Source: Octopus vulgaris (taxonomy: Eukaryota). From it: a stretch of 64,000 nt of DNA. Below are positions 50,930 through 61,765 of this stretch, one piece after another. A model generated the notes under the pieces. It did no database searches. It was not told where the DNA came from and saw only the letters and a list, made by a program, of their open reading frames with translations. A program made the translations under genes and the position numbers. Each line of letters starts with the position of its first letter. The stretch's first letter is position 1. The stretch is taken from positions 106,082,001-106,146,000 of the forward strand of contig OX597818.1 of assembly GCA_951406725.2 (NCBI GenBank), in the 5' to 3' direction.

Positions 50930-51540
50930 AATACTCCCACATATTTGGTGCTCAAATACAGCATGCTCCCCACTAGGAGATTGACAGTTACCCAGTATAT
51001 GCAAAAATCAAACATCATACATTTGCAGTACTAACAAGCCATTACTATTGCATTTTCTAGCTTCATGTTTCCCAATCATATCCCAAAATTTTTTATCTCT
51101 GCAAATGCTTTCATTGAAATCACCAAGTATGAAGATTTTATAAGCAGAAAGAACACTGCACAGAAGCTTTTTTTCATGAAAGATAGAATATTAGTCTTTT
51201 TTTTCTCTTCAGAGGAACACATGGTTGGAGGGTAGACACTTACTAAGGTAACAAATCTCTTGTTTGACAATGGCATTCTCACTGACATCAAGGTAATCAG
51301 TAAATCCAAAGAGAAATCTCTCACAGTGTAGAAACTATGAAATTTTTGAACTTCTTTTTTCAAACATTGCACTGTCTACTATCCTCACCACCCAATGAAA
51401 CATATAGCCACCACAATGTATGGTGAAGTGACCCTCATTTTAGACAATAACATTATGTCTATGTTATATCACTGCAGCTCCTATGATTCAAAAACTGATC
51501 CTCTTTCAGGGAAAGTTGAAGAGGATTCATAATGTGAGAT
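50930..51540 (-). mobile_element. RTE/BovB-like APE endonuclease remnant (different subfamily)
   Basis: LMSVRMPLSNKRFVTLVSVYPPTMCSSEEKK and YNIDIMLLS. Confidence 0.75.
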
Positions 51541-53629
51541 GCATTTGTTGGTCCCTACCTATAGTCGAAGACTCTTGCCCAAACTGCCACACAATAGAAC
51601 TAGACCCCAAACCATGGCATTGGGAAACAAACATATTTTACATTTGCAAACATATATGTCTTATAGAAATTGTTCAATATACACAGAGAAACAGGTGTTC
51701 AATTTACAAACAGCTATGGTTAACTAACAGAAAACTTAATAAATTAACAAAAACATTATGTACTCGCGTGTGAAGCTTCGCATGGGGCTACTTTTTTGGT
51801 AAATTCCACATGTATAAACTGTTGTGATGAGAGTCATTTACACCCCTACGGGACTGAAAGAATGGACTAGCAAAACTCTTATAAAAAAATATTGTATTGG
51901 TTGAGATAAAGAGAGTCATAAGAGTCACTGGGAGTTCATGGAAGTTGTTGACGTTGTTCAGAGTTTGTATTTATTGGAGTATTGTGTTTAGTGGAGTAAT
52001 CTGAAGTAGGTTGTGTGAAGACAGTTGTGTCTATCCCTGCTTCGTGAAATTTGCATATCCAACATATAGAAGGATATAAAATAAACAAAAGTTCGCATGT
52101 AAACCAATAAGTGTAATCATTCATTTTTTAACCCTGAAAGTAAAAATGAAAAACATCCTAATAGTAGCGAAAGGAAAATTTTGGCTTTAATATCAGTTCA
52201 CTACTCTTTACTTGAAGTGACAAGCAGCCAAGTATTATACAAATGGAAACTTTTACATGTCTCAAGAAAGATATAAATGCAAGCAATGTGAGACCAACTT
52301 TCATTAAAACTACACAAGAAATTCATCAAAATTCATTCACAGATTTTATTCTATTAAATTTAAGATGGTGGAGAGGCACAATTGTTAGAGTGTTGGCAAA
52401 ATACCTTCCAATATTTCTACCAGCTCTTTATATTCTAGTTTCAAATCCTGTTAAGGCTAACTTTGTTTCTCCTCCTTTCATGGTTGATAAAAAAAGTGCA
52501 AGTCAAGTAATAAAATCAATTTAATCAATTAACCACTTCCTCTAAAATTTGAGGCATTCCACTGTTTTACAAACAAACATAACCAATTAATCAAATGTCT
52601 TTGGAAAAATAAATCTGCTTGTTAGGAAACAGGATAGCTTTCCTGTCATTCAAATATTCGTGAAATTTACAATATATCATAATTTCAGCAATTAACATAG
52701 TCATATTGTAGGAGATTTCATCACCATTTCACTAAAGAAGCATGCAGTAATATAGAAAAAGATATTGCCAAATCAGCTTTCCATATGAAAACTTTCATTA
52801 ATTAAGAAATCTTAACCATAACCAATATTTTTTATGCTATTTCATCAATGAGCAACAAATAAGGCAGAGTTTAAATCCATGCTTCCTTCTCCAGTTTATC
52901 ATATGCCTCTCAATCCATTCAACCATTTATTGAAAGGTCAATAATCACCAGTTTATGTTCAATGATTCCAAACAGAAATTATCTGTGTGCTTGTATGTGA
53001 GTGCCTGAGCAAGTGCATGTATATCTCTCTTGAGAACAATAGATTTCGTTGGTGGTACCTGTTATCTCAATTCTAACTTTTGGTGGCTGAGAAGAGGTCA
53101 GGAGGGTCAAGTGACAAAGATATTATTCTGCTTAGATAAGGACTCTGGTAAATTTAACTGCTGTCACTCACAGAAAAACTATTGTTTTAGCGTGAGAAAA
53201 GTGCTGTTGAACTGTTAAGTGAAATTTGGTGATCAACAATCAAATCCACGCCATGCCTGCATGAAACCACTTAATCACCTATGTCTATCCCTCTATTCAT
53301 AATCTAACCCAGTGCTACTCAACCATTTCTCACCTATGAACCACCTTAATCTCTGTTTTGCTCAGGAGGGCTCTCATAGCCAATCAGTGTTTTAAAAATT
53401 CATTATTATATTTTTATAATTGCATTTATTAGTAATTTTAAAAAGAGCTACTGAAATATTTTGTATGACACAGAAGTATAAAAAATGTTATCAACATAAT
53501 TTTTCACAACAACCCATTTTATAGACCCCCAAAGGTCAAATGGACCTCATTTGAAAAGAACTGCTTTAATTACTCATCACCTGGCACAAATCCATTTCAC
53601 TCAGTGTTACTCCCCACTCAGTTGAAGTA

Positions 53630-54170
53630 TCTTGTCTTGCAAGTTTCTTGGTAATTTCACTGCTGGTGCCACATGCAAAGCACTCAGTAGGGTACACACT
53701 ATAAAGTGCTTGGAATCAGGAATGGTAGAAACCATGCCAAGGCAGACAATAGAGCTTAGCACAGTGTTCTGAATTTGCAGCTCCTGTCAAACAGTCTATC
53801 CCTTTCCAGCATGGAAGGCAGACGTTAAATGATGATATTGATACTACAGACCATACTCATAGATATGGTGGTTTTTGAGGAAGCTAAATATAGACAAATA
53901 GTTTTTGAAATCTGCACAGGCTATGTACAAGGGTACTATCAGTAACAAGACATTTCACCATGAGTACAATGACAAATTTAGTGTACAGGTAGGTATTCAA
54001 CAGGGCTCGGCTCTCAGCCTCATCTCATTCATCATCATTCTGCAGGTCATGACAGAGGACTTCAAAACTGCCTGCCCTAAGAGCTAATATATGCTGATGG
54101 TCTCACTCCAGTAGTTGAATCTATAACACAGTGCAAAAGAAATTCCAGGTGCGGAAGCAAAACGGAACTA
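53630..54170 (+). mobile_element. RTE 3' tail followed by RTE RT fragment
   Basis: Tail ending gacgttaaatgatgat (~53835); VQVGIQQGSALSLISFIIILQ and YAD motif. Confidence 0.8.
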
Positions 54171-54499
54171 AGCAAGAAAATTAAAAAAAGATGCTACACC
54201 ATGCAGGTTAAAACGCTAAGTGCAAATAGTGCAGATATTAATTCCTTAACACAAGACGTGCAGGTCAATCACAAAAAATAGACAAGATGAGTGATGAGTA
54301 GCAATGAACAACGTAAGTATCTATCTATCGAGCAGTCTATCTTTCTAGATGTTTGATAATCGGTATGTCTATTCTTCTTCTGACTCCATCTATTTCTGTC
54401 GAATTATTTATCTATGTTACAATCTGCTTTTCTCTCTCTCTCTCCATATACATACATATATATATATATATATATGTATAGAAATTAAATATAAATTAT

Positions 54500-54800
54500 A
54501 AATTACAAAGTGGGACAAGAACGCAAAAACACACAAAGAGACGACACAAAAAAAAAAACAGACAGGTCACTCGAAGCCTCTAATTTTCAGTCGGGAACCG
54601 GATCATTTTAGCAATTTCGGCTGTTTAATCTCGATATCGCTCCGATCCGGCCAGCCCCCAAGAAAAACTAAGCCACGGGCATTAGATTTCTTGGAAAGAG
54701 GATCGAATGTATACGAAACAAGGACAGGATGCCACACGAATATAAATACAAGAAACAAAGAATAGAAATAAAAAACAAGAATAGTAAACAGGACAAAAAC
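54500..54800. repeat. Interspersed repeat, same family as the 56396-56629 foldback (possibly Penelope-like)
   Basis: gggacaagaacgcaaaa...cgaagcc...ttcagtc...accggatcat...tttcggctg shared with 56410-56517. Confidence 0.7.
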
Positions 54801-55306
54801 AATATATATATTTATATATATCTTAGCCTATCACTATTTCTATCTATCAACGTTTTTATATACTTACACAAGTTACGAAATATCACTAGGGGCAATTTTC
54901 GCCATGTCAAAGTAAATAAATCCAAAAGTAATTAACTTACGTTCGTATATTGAGTATAGAAAATAACCTTCTTTTCCAGAAACTAAATATTAAAACAACC
55001 GAGTAACTTTCCTTCAATTTTTCCAGCGACTTTCATTTAAATATGGCGCTTCGATTAATTATTGATTGCAATTTCTACGTCATATTACTTTCGTATTCGT
55101 ATCACACGAAATAACTGAATTAAGATTTATTAACAGGGAATAAAACCAGCAAAAAATATTTTAAGCTGTTTTTTATTCAACTTTATTCAAACTTGAATTA
55201 TATTCGCTTTGTAATCCGCTAATCATTGCTGTCTTAATTGTAGACGCGTTGTTTCGTATTAGGCAGAATACATATATCGTTATTTTCGTACTCTATACAA
55301 AATATG

Positions 55307-55361
<55 letters not shown>

Positions 55362-55705
55362 AAAGAAACTATTGATAGGATATTATAATTCATAACAGTC
55401 TTTCCTGATGAGCTAAAATTTAACCACGGTTCCTGGTCACTTTTCATCAAACAGACACATGATCAAAGGAATTCTGTATCCGTTTAACGGTATCATGCGC
55501 ACATTATAAACACAGCAACCATTGACTCCTTACATCTCTTCATTATATATATAATTGTATCTTTTTGTATACACACATACTACAATGAGGAAAGCGGGAA
55601 CAGTTAACAACACTAACAAAAAAAAAAAAACACCTTATATATCTCCCTAACAAGTGTGCTATATCTTCACGTCTGTTTTTTTAAACCTTTGTACTACGGT
55701 ACGGA

Positions 55706-56262
55706 ATGGTACGCCGTAATGCTGAACAGGAATACAAAATACACAAATCAGAGATCAACAGGAAAAAGCGCAATAGATCGTCCAACCATCTCAAGCAGGC
55801 GACAAAAAAGGCAGTGCTTGAATTCGAACAGCGCATAGCAACCAACCCTGACAGCAAAGTGTTCTGGAAGTATGTACATTCAAAGCAGAGACCTCACTCT
55901 CCAATTGGCCCCCTTCGCAATCCCCACACAGGCCAGATTACTGCCAATCCCAAAGAATGTACAGAAATCATTGTCGGATGCTCTGCAGGCATCTTTACTG
56001 TCGAAGATCAAAATGTTCCATCTCCATCACCTCTGACATCGGACTCTATAACTACTATGAGATTTACATCAGCAATGTTACAACACCACCTTAAGAATAA
56101 ACGTTACTATGCCTCTCCTGGTCTCGATGGTGTTACATATCTACTTCTCAAACACGGTGGGTACTTTCTTCTAAAACAACTTTCACTATTCTTTCAATTC
56201 TGTGTTGACAATGGTATTACTGCAGAGCAGTGGAAAACTGCCAGTGTTATCCCTCTGTTCAA
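55706..56262 (+). mobile_element. CR1/Jockey-group LINE ORF2 fragment (linker to RT start)
   Basis: SKVFWKYV, IGPL, FTVED, SPGLDG, WKTASVIPLF; truncated at (CA)n. Confidence 0.85.
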
Positions 56263-56395
56263 TACACACACACACACACAGACAGACATATAGATGCATA
56301 CATGCAATATTTTAGTTTGCAAATGAAAAGGAAAGAATGCTACAAACAGTAGATGGTAAACAGGATATTGTGTTCATCACTGATTATGTAAATAC

Positions 56396-56629
56396 AAAAA
56401 AATACAAACTGGAACAAGAACGCAAAACATTTAGAAGACGACACAAAAAACACAGACGGGACATTCGAAGCCTTCAATCTTCAGTCAAGAACCGGATCAT
56501 CCTCGCAGTTTCGGCTGTGCGAGGATGATCCACTTCTTGATTGAAGATTGAAGGCTTCGAATGTCCTGTCCGTGTTTTTTGTATTGTCTTCTAAATGTTT
56601 TGCGTTCTTGTCCCAGTTTGTATTTTTTT
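56396..56629. repeat. Foldback: ~112-bp inverted arms, 10-nt loop
   Basis: Arms 56396-56507 and 56518-56629 are reverse complements with about ten mismatches. Confidence 0.93.
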
Positions 56630-56630
56630 T

Positions 56631-56664
<34 letters not shown>

Positions 56665-56677
56665 TAATATGTATATC

Positions 56678-57205
56678 TACAACTGTATGCCCTTCCTAAT
56701 GCCAACCACTCCGAGAGTGTACTGGGTGCTTTTACATGCCACCGGCACGAGGGCCAGTCTGGCGGTACTGGCAACAGCCATGCTCAGATGGTGTTTTTTA
56801 CATGCCACCTGCACAGGAGTCAGTCCAGCGGCACTGGCAACGACCTCGCTCAAATGTTTTGTTCACGTGCCACTAGCACAAGTGCCAGTAGGGCGATGCA
56901 GGTAATGGTCACACTCAAATGGTGATTTTGACGTGCCTCTGGCATGGAAGCCAGATGGCTGCTTTGGCAGTGATTCCACTTGGATGGAGCCGTTAGCGCT
57001 CCACTGGCACAAGTGCCAGTCATTGAATTTGGTTCAATTTCGATTTCACTTGCCCCAACAGGTCTTCACAAGCAGAGTTTAGTGTCCAATGAAGGATGGT
57101 TGGCATTGGGTGCCAGTCGAATTTGGTTTGATTTTGAATTCAGTTTTGATTTTGATTTCACTTCCCTCAGCAGGTCTTCGCAAGCAGAGTTTTGTGTCCA
57201 AAGGA
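56678..57205 (-). mobile_element. RTE 3'UTR fragment with ~65-bp tandem units
   Basis: Matches 6950-7275; the ttgatttcacttgcc...gcagagttt segment is duplicated. Confidence 0.88.
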
Positions 57206-57309
57206 CACACATACACATGTGAGATAATAGTTTCATTATGTATATATCATATACATAGTGAAACTATTATCTCACATTACAATAGAAATTTTTTTCACTT
57301 TTGACATGT

Positions 57310-57503
57310 ATTACTGAAACAGTCTAAAAGATTGCTCCGGGCTTGCATTTGGCAAGAAGTTGAATCTTTTTTGGCCAATGAAATTCCATGGATCCTATGT
57401 AAGGCATGTGTAAAATTTGAATAAAATGGGTTGGGTAGTTCTCAGGTTTTAGTGATGCACACAGACAGACAGATGGACACATGCTCAGTTTTATATATAC
57501 AGA
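57310..57503 (-). mobile_element. Helitron-like non-autonomous fragment
   Basis: Minus strand begins A|TCTGTATATATAAAA...TCTGTCTGTCTGTGTG, resembling 18768-18860. Confidence 0.5.
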
Positions 57504-58089
57504 TTATGGATGAAGATTAAAAAAAAAATTATAATAAAGTGTAAAACTTGCAACTATTTATTTCAGTGAGACCAAAATCAGTACACCCACTTCAGAAAAT
57601 AAATCCCAGCAAGTTGGTAAGTGTCAAACTATAAATATTACCTTCACCTGAGCTATAAATATTACCTTTACCTATCAGAATGATTGGGAACAGGGCCCAT
57701 TCCTATTTTCCATTTGAAAGTAAGATGTAAAAATGATTCTATGAAATATATTGCTAAAAAAAAAATTAATAAAAAGGAAAGACAAAACTAAGAGATAAAC
57801 AGGAGTAATTATCAAGTAATTATCAAGGAGTAATTAGATGAGATAATTGCAGAATTATTAAATAGTGTATGGTGTCTGAATAGAGAGAGGAGATTTAGAA
57901 ATGTGAATCTATTTTATTGTAGACTTAAATATTGAACTATTCCTTAGTAACACTGAGAGAATATTTTAAAATGTTGACCAAAACCATTATGGTCATCAGT
58001 TGAATGTTGATGAAAGAAACGTCTCATCTCAAAATAAAAAAAATATTGTATATTAATAAAGATAAAGAAATTTTACTCATCATCATTTC

Positions 58090-59400
58090 ACTGTTGTACA
58101 TGTGCACCTTCCACACTCAAAAACTATTTTGCCAGTTAACCTTCCTTTGATATTGATGCGCCTGTTATGAGTCTATAGCTTGTACCGGATAATCTTATGA
58201 AGTTTATACCAATACCTTTCCTACAGATCGAGCAGGGCAATCTACTTCAAGGGATTTGAGATTTATCTGCTCTCCAACTTACTAAGACTTTGGTTTTTGC
58301 TAGATTAGCTCTAAGACTCTTTGACTCTAGATTTTGCCTCCATGGTTGAGATTTCTTCTCCAGTTTGGGTAAGGAATTGATTATAAGAACAAGGTCATCA
58401 GCACAGAGGATCTCCCAGTGGTAGCATGTCTTAAATTCCTCTGTTAATGCCTGCAGGACTATGATGAACAATACGGGGCTGAGGACTGATCATTGGTGAA
58501 CCCCTACTTGTACACTGGCTATACCTGTTAGTAATCTTCACCTTTCTGACAGCATCCCTGTACTTGACCTGTACAGCTCCCACCAAACACTCATCTATCC
58601 ATAGCTTCTGCATTGACCACCAGATAAGGGAATGGGGGACTCTGTCAATGGATTTCTCTGTGTCAACAAATGCCAGGTACAGAGGTTTCTTTTTGGCTAG
58701 ATATTTCTTCTGCAGTTGCCTAACTAGGAATATAGTGCTGGCACAAATCCGAACTGCATTTAATCTACTCTAATATTTCTCTCCCTAACTGATTGAGCTA
58801 TGACCTTCTCCGTGATTTTCTCCAACTTGTCCAGCAGTTTGATGCCTCTGTAATTATTCCTGTTCAAGGCGTCAACTTTGCTTTTGTAGCAGTTGACTAT
58901 GATGCTGCTAAACCAGTCGTTGGACATGAATCTCTTGTTGAAAATTTGATTAACTATATGGGTGGCATAGCTGTATAGTCCGCCAGATATTTTAAGCATC
59001 TTAGTGGAAATTCTTAATGGACTGGGGGTTTCCCCTGTCTACATGTCCTTAATTGCTTTATCTACTAAGCTACTGTCGATTCGGATAGCTGGTCCCCTCA
59101 GTTGGGTCAACATCTAGCAGAAGACTCTCTTCCTCCCTTTCAGTTTCCACATTTAGCAGTTTTAACAATGGCATTTCCAAGCCTCTTTTTTGGCAGAATC
59201 ATTACATACATGTAAACCATTATCCATGCAAACACATTGTATGACCTTATGATTTTCTCTCACAAACTGTCTTGCAATCAGTAACACTTCAAGTCTTTGG
59301 TGCTCATGTCATTTTTGCTACTCCCTTGGCTAGATATACTTGTCTCTTAGCTTCTCATCTGGCTATGTGATACAGTTCCCTGCTACCCCTATTCTTCCAC
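58090..59400 (-). mobile_element. Degenerate RTE LINE RT region
   Basis: NYRGIKLLD, CADDLVL, NLAKTKVL, LPCSIC, FECGRC. Confidence 0.9.
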
Positions 59401-59808
59401 TCTGATACAGTGCTATGATATATAAATCTTAGAAACATATTTCAGAGACTCCAATGATGGAAGAGAAGTAAGTCTGGATGGTGACAGAGGCAGTTGGTGA
59501 GTATAAATTAACAATACACAATTGATTTCCATAACGTTTACCTTCACTGAGAACAGGTCGCCTTCTTACATTCCATTTGATAGGTTAGCTGTAAAATAAT
59601 GATATTAAAGATATCACTGAATGTTCATTAAATTGAGATTAGCATTGTTGATAAAATGGATACATTAGAAGACAGAACAGAAATAATGTTGTCCTTTGGA
59701 ACAGAGAACCAAAATGTTTTATTTTAATGAAGGCCACATATTCTTTAGTCAGGTTATATACAATCTATATCAATACCTAGTATTGCTCTGTCAGTCAGTG
59801 TGCTATAG

Positions 59809-59858
<50 letters not shown>

Positions 59859-59964
59859 ATGTGTGTGTGTGTATGTGTGTGTATGTAACAGAGAGAGAGA
59901 GATGAGAGACAGATATTCCCCATATAGAATACACTTCGTAGTGCTCAAGTGCACTTGAGCAGGT

Positions 59965-60451
59965 AGAGGAGCAAATGTAAGAATAAGCAAGTTAAGCAAG
60001 ATGATAGACAAAAATATTAAATACATGTAATACAATATTGTAGAAATGTTTACATCTAAAAAATCCGACTTACACAGAAGAGAAATAATATCAGGAATTA
60101 AAGGTTTTGAATAAGAGTTTAACGAGTCTAACAGCTGTCTCTGGTGGTTTGGTGGTCCAAAATAATGATTGTAAATTGATTCCATCATCGGATAATATCA
60201 CCATCTGTCTTCAGGGAAGAATTTTACATTAGAGGTGTTGACAGAGTGAAATTTAAGTATTCCAACCCCACTGAAACAGCTGTTGGACTCGTAAAACTTT
60301 TCTTCAACCCCTTTAATTCCTAATATCATTTCTATTCTGTGTAAGTCGGACTTATTCAGTTGTAAACATTTCTACAATTTTGTATTAAATGTATTTAATA
60401 TTTTTTGCATATCATCTTGCTTAACTTGCTTATTCTTACATTTATTCCTCT
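59965..60451. mobile_element. Older Penelope-like inverted pLTR pair
   Basis: ~185-bp diverged inverted arms; hammerhead half-motif GAAACAGCTGT at ~60274-60284. Confidence 0.7.
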
Positions 60452-60684
60452 GTGTGTGTGTGTGCATGTGTGTATGTGCGTGTGTGTGCATCCACCATTA
60501 ACATGATAATTAATCTACTATTATTCATTAATTTTCTTATACCTGTATGTCTATGTAACCTTATTTTGTTATCTTCCCTCACCTAACATTTTACACCGTG
60601 TTACCTTGTATGTAATTCGATTGTTTTGTTTGGGTACAGGACCCTACAAAGTAGGATTATTCCTGTATTTATATGAAATGAACT

Positions 60685-61060
60685 GTAAAGAAAATAGACT
60701 ACATCGACTCCCAGGATGGTAAGCTAGAGGTAGTTGGTAGCTTTCTTTCTTTAGGTAGCAATGTCAATAACACATGTGGATGCTCTGAGAGTGTAGCAGG
60801 GAGAATAAGAATAAGCTGGGCAAATTTCAGAGAGCTCCTACCTCTGGTGACAACAAAGAGCCTCTCTGTCAGAGTGAAAGGTAGATTGTATGATGCTTGT
60901 GTATGAACCACTAAGCCACATGGCAGTAACGTGTGCTGTGACCGCTAAGGACATGCCTAGATCTGAAAGAAAGGAAGCTTGTAAGATTCGCTGGATGTGC
61001 AATGTCAGTGTGCCCGTACAAGAGGGAGTAAACATCTTGAGAGAAAAGTTGGGCATGTAA
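60685..61060 (+). mobile_element. RTE ORF C-terminal fragment
   Basis: GKLEVVGSF, RIRISWANFRELLPL, VKGRLYDACV, RWMCNVSV. Confidence 0.85.
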
Positions 61061-61074
61061 AATTAGGAATGTAA

Positions 61075-61765
61075 TACTTCTCGAGTTCTGATAGTGACTC
61101 AGCAATTAGAGCAAGGTCGTCAGCATAGAGGAGCTCCCAGAGGCATCCTGTCTTGAATTCCTCTGTTATTGCCTGGAGGACTATGATAAATAGGAGGGGG
61201 CTCAGGACTGAACCTTGCTGGACCCCTACCTCTACTCTGAATTCTTCACTGTACTCGTTGCCAACCCTCACCTTACTGACAGCGTCCCTGTACATGGCTT
61301 GCACAGTTCTCACTAACCATTCATCTATCGCTAGTTTCCTCATTGACCACCAGATAAGGGATCGGGGGACCCTGTCAAAGGCTTTCTCCATGTCAACAAA
61401 AGCCAGGTACAGAGGTTTAATTTTGGCCAGGTATTTCTCCTGGGAAACAAAGTCATAGTCTCTATGTATGCCATGGAAGTCCCCTGCATGTTGTCCAACA
61501 TGCCCATTGATGTTGCCAGCCACAAAGAGAAGGTCTCTGTCACTCGTAGACAAGGTAGTCTGCAAGAAGGTGTCAAAAATCAGTCTTTCTGGTCATCAGG
61601 TAGCCCTGGCTGAGGGGCATAGGCTGAGATGATGGTTGCTAATCATTTCTAATCTATTCTAAAGTATTCTATAACAAACTCTATCTTGATTACCTTATCA
61701 ACCCATTTCTCTGCAAAAGTATACCCACACCCCCGACCCCATCAATATACCCTGCCCAGAAACAT
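61075..61765 (-). mobile_element. RTE LINE with internal deletion joining APE to RT
   Basis: FVAGNINGHVG (APE) runs in frame into QEKYLAK...DMEKAFDRVPR...QGSVLSP...YADD. Confidence 0.9.

Noticed and set aside
55400-55435. CTGATGAG hammerhead core
   Set aside because: No GAAA at a suitable distance and no stem I partner; at best a decayed relic.
56725-57020. Pistol ribozyme resemblance of the RTE 3'UTR unit (CGUG..CACG-UAAA..GCG)
   Set aside because: No P2 stem, and the strand before GCG cannot pair with the P1 loop.
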